DNA of 63,195 nucleotides, filler included, from Trichomonas gallinae (taxonomy: Eukaryota), in the NCBI GenBank assembly GCA_008369845.1. It is 7 parts of 7 records of this genome, joined end to end, with 100 filler letters (N's around TTAATTAATTAA, not from the genome) between each part and the next. Parts side by side here need not be neighbours in the genome. Positions count along the whole stretch, not along the records: positions 1 to 27,809 come from MRSU01000989.1; 6 more parts are not named here. One strand, given 5' to 3'. How positions within the stretch are numbered: position 1 is the stretch's first letter; each line of letters opens with the position of its first letter. A program made the translations under genes and the position numbers. Below the pieces are notes generated by a model. That model worked only from the letters and a program-made list of their open reading frames with translations, was not told the DNA's origin and searched no databases. This document shows, in pieces, positions 10,907 to 21,363 of this stretch.

Positions 10907-11713
10907 TCATAATGCTATCTCGAAATTAAACTTCGATTTCCCGAAAAACGCCTCTGGATCGAAAGGCGCATCATTGGGAACAATAGGAATGGAATTGCGT
11001 CTATTTTGGTGCCTAAACTGAACATTAGGCACATGAAACTGCCTGGGCATCAGCCTGTAAACATTTAGCTGCGGCTGCTCGTAGACGTCAGGATTATGCG
11101 TAAGTTCATAGACAACGTTGTCGTTTGTTATAGGTTCACCTTCGATCGTCGAAAGACAAAGATACCAGTAGATTTGGTTTGGAGTGCCCTGCTTTAGCTG
11201 TTGAAGAGCAGTATACACCGCGATTGAGATCGCGTGATAATTATGACGCTGGGGTATCGGCTGATCAGCAAACCAATACGTCCCGTCGGGTAATGCTGAA
11301 AACTCTGAAGAATGAATTGTTAAAAATCGTAAAAATAAAACCGCGTCTACATCTGGAATATCTGTATTTTGAGCGAACTGGTGGATATTCATTGGTCCGT
11401 TATGCGTCAACATACTCTCAATTGATGAGATGAGGACAGAATCTGAAATCGATACTGCTGTTTTAAATTTTAAGGCCCATTTGATTAATCCATTACTAGG
11501 AACTTGTACAAACTGGTCGTTATCTTGCAATGCTGACGTTATTTTTCGTTTTATTATAGAATTTGCTGGCACATAACCATCATTTTCTGTTCTCACACAA
11601 GCTGAGCAATTTTCTATCAAAGAACATATGCGATCTTGTGTGAGAACAGCTGTCTGTTCCTGCTGAAATAAAGCAACAATCAATTCGCGCAGGGAATCAA
11701 ATCGTTGGTCCAT
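10907..11713 (-). CDS. Hypothetical protein with three putative winged-helix-like repeats
   Basis: 268-aa ORF. Three segments end in helix + F/Y...W/Y turns (ITSALQDNDQFVQ...KW; FLTIHSSEFSAL...YW; ELTHNPDVYEQ...VY). Confidence 0.65.
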   Translation of the reverse strand: MDQRFDSLRELIVALFQQEQTAVLTQDRICSLIENCSACVRTENDGYVPANSIIKRKITSALQDNDQFVQVPSNGLIKWALKFKTAVSISDSVLISSIESMLTHNGPMNIHQFAQNTDIPDVDAVLFLRFLTIHSSEFSALPDGTYWFADQPIPQRHNYHAISIAVYTALQQLKQGTPNQIYWYLCLSTIEGEPITNDNVVYELTHNPDVYEQPQLNVYRLMPRQFHVPNVQFRHQNRRNSIPIVPNDAPFDPEAFFGKSKFNFEIAL

Positions 11714-11932
11714 TTCACCTCCCTTATATTATGTTACAAAAAGTGTCAGAAAACGATAAAATTTTGCATAGATTTCTACGGGCGTGACACAACATATAAA
11801 GATCATTATAATATTATTCTATTTTATATAAAGAATATTTCGAAAATCTATAAAAAATCAGTTTTAAAGGGAAAATAATCGTAATTCAATTTTTAAGATT
11901 TTTTATTTTTGATTTAGAAAATTGTTTATTAT

Positions 11933-12192
11933 TGACGAACGGGAATGTTATCGGAAATTAGAGGCGATTTCGATCATTTTTTGGAAAATTGAAATCAAAT
12001 ATTTTCTAAAATCACTTCCATTGATGAACTAAAATATATTATTGGATTTAAAGGCGATTTCGCTCAATTTTTGAACAATTTCGAAATAAAATTTTCTAAA
12101 ATTATTTGTTAGTGATGAACGGAGATATATTATGTGTATAGGAGCGATTTCGAACAATTTTTGGAAAATATGAATCAAATTGTTTCGAAAAA
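11933..12192. repeat. Degenerate 90-bp tandem repeat, three copies
   Basis: GCGATTTCG..CA.TTTTTG.A.AAT starts at 11964, 12054 and 12144. TGA(C/T)GAAC precedes each copy. Confidence 0.75.
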
Positions 12193-12421
12193 GAGGATTA
12201 CTGTGAAGTTTTAATGGTATTTTGATGATCACTGGAAGCTAAAGTGAACTTTTCACTGAATGATTATCCACATAAAAGTTGATTGGCTGCAAGAAAAATT
12301 GAAATGACAGTTGAGAAAGGTTTTTGAAAAAGAAGAGTATGGTAAGTATACAGTATAACTACAGTGGATTTTATTTACGACAGATGTATTATTTAAAAAG
12401 ATCAAAATATATAATATATTT

Positions 12422-13000
12422 CTAACAGCAAGAACTATTACTATTTTCCTTAGATTTTGGTTCAGTTTTCTTTTCTACAACAGTTCCTCGTTTGAAAAAC
12501 TCAGAAAGCGCTTGCTCAAATAAACTTGATATACCAACACCAGTTTTCGCGCTTGTTTCAAAGAAAGGCATGTGGTATTTCGCTGCAATATTTGATAATT
12601 CATCATTACTAATAATTCTTTCTTCAGCAAGATCGACTTTATTTCCAGCGAGCAAAACAATGATATTTTCATCGCAATTACTCATAATCATTGGATACCA
12701 ATAGTCAACAATACTGTCAGCTTTTGGTTTTGTTACGTCAACAACAATTATTGCGATTTGCGAGTTTCTAAAATACATAGGCACCAAATTTCTATAAGCT
12801 TCCTGACCAGCAGTATCCCACATGCTTAAAATATATGTATTTCCCGAATAAATGACTTCTTTTTCGACGCATGCCGCTCCAAGAGTTGGATGTATATTTG
12901 GATTGTGTTTGTTCTCGTGGTAACGCGTGACAATGGATGACTTTCCCACGTCAGCATCACCAACAATAACTACTTTTACAATAGTTTTCTGATCTTCCAT
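12422..13000 (-). CDS. Rab-family small GTPase
   Basis: GDADVGKS, WDTAGQE, GNKVD, ETSAK and a C-terminal CC prenylation motif. Confidence 0.95.
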   Translation of the reverse strand: MEDQKTIVKVVIVGDADVGKSSIVTRYHENKHNPNIHPTLGAACVEKEVIYSGNTYILSMWDTAGQEAYRNLVPMYFRNSQIAIIVVDVTKPKADSIVDYWYPMIMSNCDENIIVLLAGNKVDLAEERIISNDELSNIAAKYHMPFFETSAKTGVGISSLFEQALSEFFKRGTVVEKKTEPKSKENSNSSCC

Positions 13001-13008
13001 TTATAACT

Positions 13009-13017
13009 GTCACTTTT
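13009..13017 (-). promoter_or_regulatory. Trichomonad M2 core-promoter motif (AAAAGTGAC) just upstream of the Rab ATG
   Basis: Minus strand reads AAAAAGTGACAGTTATAAATG. Confidence 0.6.
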
Positions 13018-13097
13018 TATACATAATTTTTAATTTTTAAGATTTTTTGATTTTAAAAAATAGTATAACATAATGATTAAAATTGTAAACTGATACT

Positions 13098-13472
13098 GTC
13101 AAATTCGTTGTCAGATTTTATATCGTGGTGTCATAAATTTTTAATATGTCAAAAAATAGACTTTAATCAATGCGCAAAACTTATTCTTTGTCATTTTTAA
13201 ACATGGGCAAAACGCCGTCAAAATCTGATCGAATCCGTCAAATTGTCATATATTTTAAAAATTTTTACACGTCAAATTTAATATTAAATGTCAAATCAAT
13301 ATTTTACATGTCAAAAATATAATAAAACGTCAAAATATTATATTTTACATGTCAAATTAGAAATAAAATGTCAAAATTTATTTCCAATAAACAACGCACA
13401 TAAGTTATAAATAATAAACTAAATATATTTATAAGAATGTCAAATGATCAAATAAATCGTCATATTGTCAAA
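13098..13472 (+). promoter_or_regulatory. Co-oriented YGTCA(AA) motif array in the Rab/PDE divergent promoter
   Basis: About 17 YGTCA sites, all in one orientation. Six fall at 13270, 13289, 13309, 13328, 13350 and 13369. Confidence 0.65.
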
Positions 13473-13488
13473 ACTTCGTTTTATAAAA

Positions 13489-16400
13489 ATGAGAACATCA
13501 ACTGGAAATCGAGGCTTTACAGGTTCTACTCGAAATCCAAAGCTTTTTACCCCTTTAATGTCAAAATCTACCAAATTAACCGGTGAACATTCCCATGAAC
13601 CTTTTCCATCAGATATTTTAAATTTATCAAACCAAATTGAACAAAATTTAGAGAAATCATTTAAAAATTTACAAAACCAGATGGAAATTATACGTGAAAA
13701 GATGGAATCTTTAGAAAACGATCGTGTACAACAAGAAATACGAATTGATTATCTTAAACAAAACAAATCGATCGATGATAATAATGTTATTGCAGTCAAC
13801 AGCGACACAGCAGATCTTTACGCTGCAAATAATCCTATCATGCTCGAAACTTTTCTCGGACAGCAAATTTTATCTAATTTTCCTGCTGTGTTTCAGCAAA
13901 TCAGTGAGAAGTCAAAGATTCCATTCATAGAATCAGCGCTATATCAATTACAAAGAATAGGCAAATGCATTAGTTCTTATATACTTTTAGCAGATATGGT
14001 CCATGATGCTGAGTTTTTAGAGAAATTCATAGAAGAGACAGAGAAAATATTTGATAGTCAGTGCGTTTACGTGTTTACAAGGAATCTAAAGACATCATTT
14101 TTTCGATGTAAATTCAACAAAACAATGTCTATTGAACTTAACGACAACAACGCATTAATTTTGACAGCAGTAAAGAAAAAATCTGTCGTTCTCATTGATA
14201 ATCCTCCACAAGAAGCAGAATATTCGAATTCAATTGATCCACTGTTAAATCCTGACAATCTCAAAGTAATGTTAGTCCCAATAGGCACAGATTCAGTCGT
14301 AGAAATCTTATTCACGTCCAAAAAAGCTGTAACTTTCTCACAAGAAGATATATATGTCGCAACATTCTTTTCTATAATAATGAAGCCGCTTTTAGATGAA
14401 AACGCTACATATGAGAATGTCGACCACAGCATATCAGTGCAAATCAAGAAGAGAAACTTCGATAACGAGCTTCTATCGAAAGATACTTTTGATAAATTGC
14501 TGCAATTCATGGAAACAACGCCTTTGAACGATTCAACGATATTTATCATCGACAATGAACACGAATTGTATTATTTTGAGCTTTTCAACAAAAGACTTGT
14601 TATACATATCGTTGATTTTCAAGGAATTGAAAAAGAATGCTATTTGACTAAAAAGGAGATCGCAAATAAGCAAGAGCAAGGCTGCTATCCATTGTATGAT
14701 ACACAGGGAAACGTTTCGGCGCTTTTTACAACTTATTCAGTTTCAGATCAAATTAATAAGAGCTCTTTTTGTGCAAATCTCTCTTTGATAGTACCACAAT
14801 GCTTGCTCAATGCAAATCAAGACACTTTAGAACAATCTAAAAAATCATTAAGAAAATTCAGGAATGAAATCAAGAAATTCAATCCAGAAGCCATCGATGA
14901 CGAAAAATTCCTATTTAAAGTACTCCAATCCATTACAAACATCTTAAATTGCGAATATGTATCTTTATATCTTGCAGGACAGCATGTAATGACTGTTAAA
15001 AACACCATAGAGTGCCCTGGAGTTTTTAGATTCGAGAACTTCAATGATGAGATTCTAACTCCTGATCCATCAAGAATTAAAGGCTTTTCTTCAACGATTT
15101 ACTGTTATTCCCTTCTCAGAGTCATTACAGACCATGTTAGCATTGTTGCAGCAAATTCACTCAACCAAGTGGCCCGTTTCGACAAAATTCAGTTTGCTAT
15201 TGTTAAATCTCTCAGCTGTTTCTGCATTTACAAATTAAGATTCCTCGAATTAGAGAAAACAATACAAGATGAGGAATACCATAAGAATTCTGTTAGTTTA
15301 GCACTAGACATTATTAAGAATATCGTTCAAAAAACAGATAAAAATTTATTGCAATTAATGATGAAAGAGATTTGCCAGGCAATAAACATGCTATCGTATG
15401 CAGCATTCGAATTGGAAACCCTTGTAATGATTTCTATCGAACAAACTGAATTAATTATTGATTTTACAAAAATAAATGACGGAATATCAACTTTTATGAT
15501 AGATCCAGAGATATTTAAAGGAGCAATATTCGAAAACATGAATTACGTAGCCTCATTCAAATTTGAAAATTGGATTTTATTATTTATTGGTGAAAATCAG
15601 CCACCAGCGCTTTATGAGACATTACTTAATATTCTATATCCATTTATTATCAAGGCAATCCAATATAGGCCGCCAAAAGAAGTTGTTGAAGAAATTCAAA
15701 TTCCAGCAACAGGAAATGATATTGAATCAATAGATTTTGATGCAAGAATTGAAGCCACATCTTTAACAGTGCCATTCAAGATATTCCAGAAGATGGGAAT
15801 AATCGAATTTCTTGAATGCGATGATCAATCTATGCTTAGGTTCTTAGAGAGCGTCAGAGAGCATTACAAAAGTCTTCCTTACCACAACTGGGTTCATGCT
15901 GTTGATACTGTTCAGTTCCTTTACTTTGTTTATTACAAAGCAAATCTCACAAAATACTTTGAAGGCCTTCAAAAGACGGCTTTATTCATATCAGCGCTGT
16001 GCCATGATGTTGGACACAACGGATATTCATCTTATTACCACATTTGCTCGAAATCAAGAACATATTATTTATTTGGAGCTGAAAGTCCAATGGAAATCTC
16101 ATCATTCTCATTAACAGCAGATTTGCTCGCTGAAACACCATTCTTTGAGAAAATTGATCATCCAGATTTCTGGGGATTCATGCAGCAATTATTTATTGCA
16201 ACAGATTTAATGAAAACATCGTTAACACTTGATACATATATAGCAAATAACTTGAATCCAACAGAAATTGGCAAGTTTTTCATCTATTTGTCCAATTTTG
16301 CGAATACAGCAAGAACTCTTGAATATTATCATGCAATGTGCGAGAATATATATAAGGAGAAGCAGACAGAAAACATAAGGAGTGATCCATCCTGGGCGAA

Positions 16401-16542
16401 ACTACTTCCACAGACATCAAAAGAATACACATCAGAAATTTACACAGAAAAAATGATTCCCGCGCTGTCCATTCTATCACAGAACTTCCCTGCACTTGAG
16501 TTTATCGAGAAGAAAATCAAGGAAAACATTCATCATGAATAA
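13489..16542 (+). CDS. Class I cyclic-nucleotide phosphodiesterase with N-terminal coiled coil and GAF-like domains (possibly catalytically degenerate)
   Basis: PYHNWVHAVD, ALCHDVGHNG and IATDL. First ATG is at 13489 (the track start at 13465 is TTG). Confidence 0.85.
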   Translation: MRTSTGNRGFTGSTRNPKLFTPLMSKSTKLTGEHSHEPFPSDILNLSNQIEQNLEKSFKNLQNQMEIIREKMESLENDRVQQEIRIDYLKQNKSIDDNNVIAVNSDTADLYAANNPIMLETFLGQQILSNFPAVFQQISEKSKIPFIESALYQLQRIGKCISSYILLADMVHDAEFLEKFIEETEKIFDSQCVYVFTRNLKTSFFRCKFNKTMSIELNDNNALILTAVKKKSVVLIDNPPQEAEYSNSIDPLLNPDNLKVMLVPIGTDSVVEILFTSKKAVTFSQEDIYVATFFSIIMKPLLDENATYENVDHSISVQIKKRNFDNELLSKDTFDKLLQFMETTPLNDSTIFIIDNEHELYYFELFNKRLVIHIVDFQGIEKECYLTKKEIANKQEQGCYPLYDTQGNVSALFTTYSVSDQINKSSFCANLSLIVPQCLLNANQDTLEQSKKSLRKFRNEIKKFNPEAIDDEKFLFKVLQSITNILNCEYVSLYLAGQHVMTVKNTIECPGVFRFENFNDEILTPDPSRIKGFSSTIYCYSLLRVITDHVSIVAANSLNQVARFDKIQFAIVKSLSCFCIYKLRFLELEKTIQDEEYHKNSVSLALDIIKNIVQKTDKNLLQLMMKEICQAINMLSYAAFELETLVMISIEQTELIIDFTKINDGISTFMIDPEIFKGAIFENMNYVASFKFENWILLFIGENQPPALYETLLNILYPFIIKAIQYRPPKEVVEEIQIPATGNDIESIDFDARIEATSLTVPFKIFQKMGIIEFLECDDQSMLRFLESVREHYKSLPYHNWVHAVDTVQFLYFVYYKANLTKYFEGLQKTALFISALCHDVGHNGYSSYYHICSKSRTYYLFGAESPMEISSFSLTADLLAETPFFEKIDHPDFWGFMQQLFIATDLMKTSLTLDTYIANNLNPTEIGKFFIYLSNFANTARTLEYYHAMCENIYKEKQTENIRSDPSWAKLLPQTSKEYTSEIYTEKMIPALSILSQNFPALEFIEKKIKENIHHE

Positions 16543-16901
16543 AAATTTGTTTGTATATTTTTATGTAACTAATAACTATTTTTCAACTATATTTATTAGT
16601 ATGGCTAGAATATATCTATGCTATAATGATTTTAGTTCATAATGAACAAATAATATAGCAAAATAAAATTTAATCCATTTTTAAAGCAAATATAAAGAAA
16701 AACCCTCTGAGATTTTATAAGATAAGAAATATTTTGTATTCATTTGAGGCAAATTTCTTATTATTTTGTTTTGAAGATATATGATTTTAAAATATGATGT
16801 AATTTGACTTAAAAATCTGTAGTGTGGGAAATTACAATCGCAATTTAACTAATGCTGAAATAATTATAAAATTACAAACAAATAATTTTTTTTTTGTGTG
16901 G

Positions 16902-17228
16902 TTATTGTTGATGATATAAAAATGGAATGCCACCAGTAGCCATATAAGGCTGGTTACCCATCATTGGCGGCATTAAATTTTGTCCATAAACTGCGCCTTG
17001 AACTTGTTGAGGAGCCATAACCGGCTGTGTCATTTGTGTCGTCTGACTGATCTGTGGCGGAAGATTCATTGGATCATTTCTATCTGGTTTTTGATTAAAA
17101 TTTTGCCCAGCGACTAAAAACGTTTTAATGCTCTGCAAAGACGTTTCAGCGATTTGTGCCGCCAAGTGGTTATTTCTAGCGAGCTCAATAATAACTTTTC
17201 CTCGATCTTCCAAAGAAACTTGATTCAT
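16902..17228 (-). CDS. Hypothetical 108-aa protein with Q/P/M-rich C-terminus
   Basis: ATG ORF with coding-like composition, divergent from the Utp12-domain gene. Confidence 0.65.
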   Translation of the reverse strand: MNQVSLEDRGKVIIELARNNHLAAQIAETSLQSIKTFLVAGQNFNQKPDRNDPMNLPPQISQTTQMTQPVMAPQQVQGAVYGQNLMPPMMGNQPYMATGGIPFLYHQQ

Positions 17229-17229
17229 T

Positions 17230-17350
17230 ATGATTCCCCCTGCTTTTTCTTTTTAGGCCCTAATTATTCAGTATGAATCCCCTACTTTTTCTCGGAAAGC
17301 CCTAATTATTCAAGATGATTCCCCTGCTTTTTTGTTTAAAGCCCTAATAT
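17230..17350. repeat. Three ~43-bp tandem units filling a bidirectional promoter
   Basis: ATGA(T/A)TCCCC(C)T(G/A)CTTTTT...A(G/A)GCCCTAAT starts at 17230, 17273 and 17315. Confidence 0.9.
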
Positions 17351-17367
17351 TAGAGGACTCAAAAATT

Positions 17368-17808
17368 ATGAGTGAAGAAACTAGAGTAAGTCCTAAGCTT
17401 CTCGAGCAGGCCTTAAAGAGCTGCGATGAGGCATTAATCAAATTCGTGCTCGATAAAACAGTCGAAGATCAAATTCCAAGTTATATTCAACCAATTCCAC
17501 CAAATCTTTTAGCAACATTCCTCAGATCATTCAACAAATTCTTACTTGCAGAGCCAAAGTATTTGAAAACAATCCTTCCATGGATCGAAAAACTAATTGA
17601 AATTCATCAATTATCAATTGCTGCGTCAGGAGAGTGCCAAAGAAAGCTCTCCGAGCTCCAGCACACTCTTAAACAGAGAACACAACAGATTGGCCAATTT
17701 GTAGAAGCCTACGCCGTTACTCAATTCGTGCTTCACGAAAGAGAAGGTCAAGGCGTTGGTTTACCAATCAATGACGAAGATATGCAACTTCTTAATGAAG
17801 ATGAATAG
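17368..17808 (+). CDS. Dip2/Utp12-domain protein (Utp5/WDR43 C-terminal domain-like; SSU processome)
   Basis: LLEQALKSCDEALIKFVL...IPPNLLATFL...ILPWIEKLIEIH...LSELQHTLKQRT aligns with the Utp5/WDR43 helical domain. First ATG is at 17368. Confidence 0.7.
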   Translation: MSEETRVSPKLLEQALKSCDEALIKFVLDKTVEDQIPSYIQPIPPNLLATFLRSFNKFLLAEPKYLKTILPWIEKLIEIHQLSIAASGECQRKLSELQHTLKQRTQQIGQFVEAYAVTQFVLHEREGQGVGLPINDEDMQLLNEDE

Positions 17809-18112
17809 AGATTTATTATATAATTATAGAGATATTTAATTTGAATATAATTTTAAACGTGTATTTTATTATACTTGCAGAAATTTCATATCACCAAGCT
17901 GAGTATTATAATTTCACAATTTCGTTAATCAATTTGTAAATTATTTTGAAATTTAAAGTGAAATATTGGATTTTGTGAATTAGAATAAGAAAACTAAATA
18001 TTTCTGTTGTAGTAGAAAAGATAGAAAGACTGGATTTTGATTTTTAAACATGAATATACAAAAAACATGAATTTATTCTAGAACAATTATAAATTAATGC
18101 ACAGTAAACGCA

Positions 18113-18898
18113 TTACTTGCCATCACCATCAAAGGTAATTTCGTTATCCTTAGCCCAGCCTTTGATTTTTCCTGCATAACCTGGAGGAGCCTTATCTAAG
18201 GCGCGTTGAATTGCGCACGATGACATTCTCTGGAATGTATCTCTATTCAAGTTTCTGATTGTTAAGATCTCCTTCTTTAAAAGATCGCTGATTAATTCTT
18301 CAACAGATTTTCCTGCATTCCAGTATCTATTGTTGATAATATCACCAATTACAGCGTTATAAAGATCGAATGTGTCAGCCATTAACATGTCACAAAAATT
18401 CATCATATCTGGGTCAGGATTATGCTGACGAAGAACCTCTGATGCGTAGAACAACTCGTTATGGAGAACAGCGATCTTTGTTAATGACGGATGTGCTGTT
18501 TGTTCGAAGAATTTCCTTTGACATTCAATTAGGAATTTTCTAACGATATGATTGCGACAAATTAAACATTCTGGCTCTGCGAGGCGTTTTGGATCTAATT
18601 TCTTTTTGCCTTCGCCGCCATCTTCGTTTTCGCCTTCATTGTCGAAAGCTGTGCAAAATGTTTCTAAAGCTGGCGAGAATTCTTCATTTGGATTGAGATC
18701 GAATGACTTGATGTGGTAATTAACGAGGCTGAAGTAAAGCTGGAAAAGATCATAATTGAATTCTTCAGTAAGTGCAGTATATTTCGGCATGAGAGCAGGC
18801 TTTGGATTCGGTATTTTCATGAGGCGAGGGATAGGAAATGGTTCCTCGTAAATCTGAGAATGGTCCTCGCTGGTATCATCTATAGTCTCCACGCTCAT
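18113..18898 (-). CDS. Hypothetical protein, 261 aa
   Basis: Long ATG ORF with coding-like composition and no recognised motif. Confidence 0.75.
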   Translation of the reverse strand: MSVETIDDTSEDHSQIYEEPFPIPRLMKIPNPKPALMPKYTALTEEFNYDLFQLYFSLVNYHIKSFDLNPNEEFSPALETFCTAFDNEGENEDGGEGKKKLDPKRLAEPECLICRNHIVRKFLIECQRKFFEQTAHPSLTKIAVLHNELFYASEVLRQHNPDPDMMNFCDMLMADTFDLYNAVIGDIINNRYWNAGKSVEELISDLLKKEILTIRNLNRDTFQRMSSCAIQRALDKAPPGYAGKIKGWAKDNEITFDGDGK

Positions 18899-19509
18899 TT
18901 TTTGCTCGTTATTTTTTTATCTTTTTTTCGTGTAATTGTTTTTTATCGGCCTGAAAATAGTAAATATAGCATCTCTATGCCATATTTAATCATTTTACAC
19001 AAACATTAAGGAAAATAACTTGTTTTTTGTTATTGCGCAATTTTTTATCAGCGGAATGATATGTTTAAACTAATTGAATTATCAAATATTGATCGATTAT
19101 AAGTTAATAACAATCGTTTTGTAGCATAGTTCTCTTATAATTTCCAAAAAAATTAAAATTAACCATTTGTCAATCTTTCATTTAACAACTGTCTAATGAG
19201 AAACAATAGACATACATATTTTATTCATGACACTAAATTCCGTTAATTTATATTGAAAAAATTAATATCAACTTAAAATAGCATTGTAATCGCATTTGTA
19301 TCTACAATTAAACATTTTATGTATGATAAGACCGAATTTTCCTACATTTTTGTTGTTTTGTTGATATTTTTAAATGTTGAATAAAATTTTATTGTTTCAC
19401 TGAATAGTGTATCATGGAATGATTTCTTCATGGCATACAATTACAGAAATGCTTTATTTGTTTAAACAATTGCGTTTTAAATTTCGTTAAGAATAATAAG
19501 GAAAATTTC

Positions 19510-19733
19510 TGTGCGAGATATAAGAATATGGATATGGAAAAGGAAACAGAAAACATCAGGGGTCATCCATTGTGAATGAAATTATTCCCACAGACAGCAA
19601 AATAATACGCCTCAGAAGTCGACACGGAAAAAATGATCCCTGCACTGTCTATTCTATCGCAGAACTTCCATGCACTTGGGTTTATCGAGAAGAAGACCAA
19701 GGAAAACATTCATCATGAATAATTTTGTTTGTA
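19510..19733 (+). pseudogene. Degenerate duplicate of the 3' end of the PDE gene
   Basis: Collinear with 16340-16555 at a +3180 offset, e.g. TTTATCGAGAAGAA.A.CAAGGAAAACATTCATCATGAATAA. It carries in-frame stops (TGG>TGA, GAA>TAA). Confidence 0.9.
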
Positions 19734-20688
19734 ATTTAAATTTTAATATATCGATTATATATAATTTTGCATTTTATCAGACTATATGAAGTTTTAAAGA
19801 GGAGTACTTTAATAATTATAAACGAAACATATATAACTTCATATTCTTTATATGATTGATCAATCATTTATAGAAAAAGTGAGAATTAAATAACCCATTG
19901 AATTAACAACAGACGATTTTACACGCATTTTTTATCTTAGCATACCATAACGCAGTAGTTATACCGACTAAAAAACAACCAATACAGAATCTTGATTGAC
20001 ATCGGCCGAAAATTTGTAAAAAAAATTGATTGAGTTAGATGTTAAATCCCGGAAATGAAATGCAAACCATCTAGTGGACAATTTTGTGGAAATAACTTAC
20101 GAAAACAGGCTGGCAAAATCTAGTTTTTATGAGACGTTGACAGATTTTTTTATTGTCAACGAACATTGCTGATTACACCTAAAGCAGATAAATGCACAAG
20201 CGATGACACATTGCGATTGATAACGTTGTTTACATGTCAAAATTTTTAAAATAAATTTTCTGACACTTTTATGTACCATACAATTTTATTTAGGTCTTTT
20301 TAATAATATAATTGGAAAAATCTTATGTCTAAAGGAGATATCTGATATATTCAAATTGAGACAGTTTTACATTTTTTCCAAAATTAACGAAATCATACTA
20401 CAAATGAATATATCATTGGATAATCCAATTACTTATTCAAAATTGAGGGAATTCATTTGACACTAAAAACTGAAATACCAGTATTTGATCACAGTGATCA
20501 ACTAATTCGTCAATCTGGTCAAAAATCATGATCGATACACACTCAATTATAATTTTGAATTAATACTTGTGACTTCACTTCATTTATTCTACTCTCCTAA
20601 GTTTTTTATAACACGGGCTTTGTATAGGGAGTAGATTTGCCATATCAACTTTGACATATTTTCAAGTATTTTTAATTCAAATTTCTCG

Positions 20689-21363
20689 ATGGAAACAGAC
20701 GAGATTGAGGACATCAAAGAAGTTAAAAATGGGAAATGCACCGGCAACTTGAAGTTACTAAGTCCATCTGACCTTGAGGGCTACATGCAGCTACGCGATC
20801 GCTTTCATACGGAAGTGGCCAACGCTAAAAGGGGCGAAAAGGTGGAAATGTTCAACAAACGTCTGAAGATAATTAAAGAGTATGTGGTTAAACATGACGA
20901 AAATGACTGGAAACGAAGTTTTGCAACGGGTGTTATTTTCATGGAGAATTCTATAGCTATTAATATTAAGCAATTGATTCTCCTTATGGGGAAGTGCAAG
21001 TCCTCCATCAATGGGTCGCTCCATCAGCTTGGCTACATCGCGAGACCAGCCTCCAAGGAAACAGACGAACAGATAGTGCTCACGATTCCGATTTTCAGTC
21101 GAGATCGCAGAGAACTTAAGAAATGGACTATTCGTCAGAAGAGAAATGCCAGAAGAAGACAAATTAGTAAGCCTAAGACAGAACCAGAGCAACAGCCTGA
21201 GGAACCAGAACCAATTCCTGTTGAGAAGCATGAAGAACCAATCATCGCTAAGACTGTTGAAGATGTTTGGTCACGAACTATTAATTTCCCTGTACCTGCC
21301 AAATTCAGGTATAAGATGTTGAATTCCTACTTCCAATCGATTCCTGTTGTTGCTCAAATTTAA
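20689..21363 (+). CDS. Initiator-binding-domain (IBP39-type IBD) transcription factor
   Basis: LSPSDLEGYMQLR, DWKRSFATGVIF, IAINIKQL, CKSSINGSLHQLGY and ELKKWTIR are hallmarks of the trichomonad IBD family. Confidence 0.85.
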   Translation: METDEIEDIKEVKNGKCTGNLKLLSPSDLEGYMQLRDRFHTEVANAKRGEKVEMFNKRLKIIKEYVVKHDENDWKRSFATGVIFMENSIAINIKQLILLMGKCKSSINGSLHQLGYIARPASKETDEQIVLTIPIFSRDRRELKKWTIRQKRNARRRQISKPKTEPEQQPEEPEPIPVEKHEEPIIAKTVEDVWSRTINFPVPAKFRYKMLNSYFQSIPVVAQI

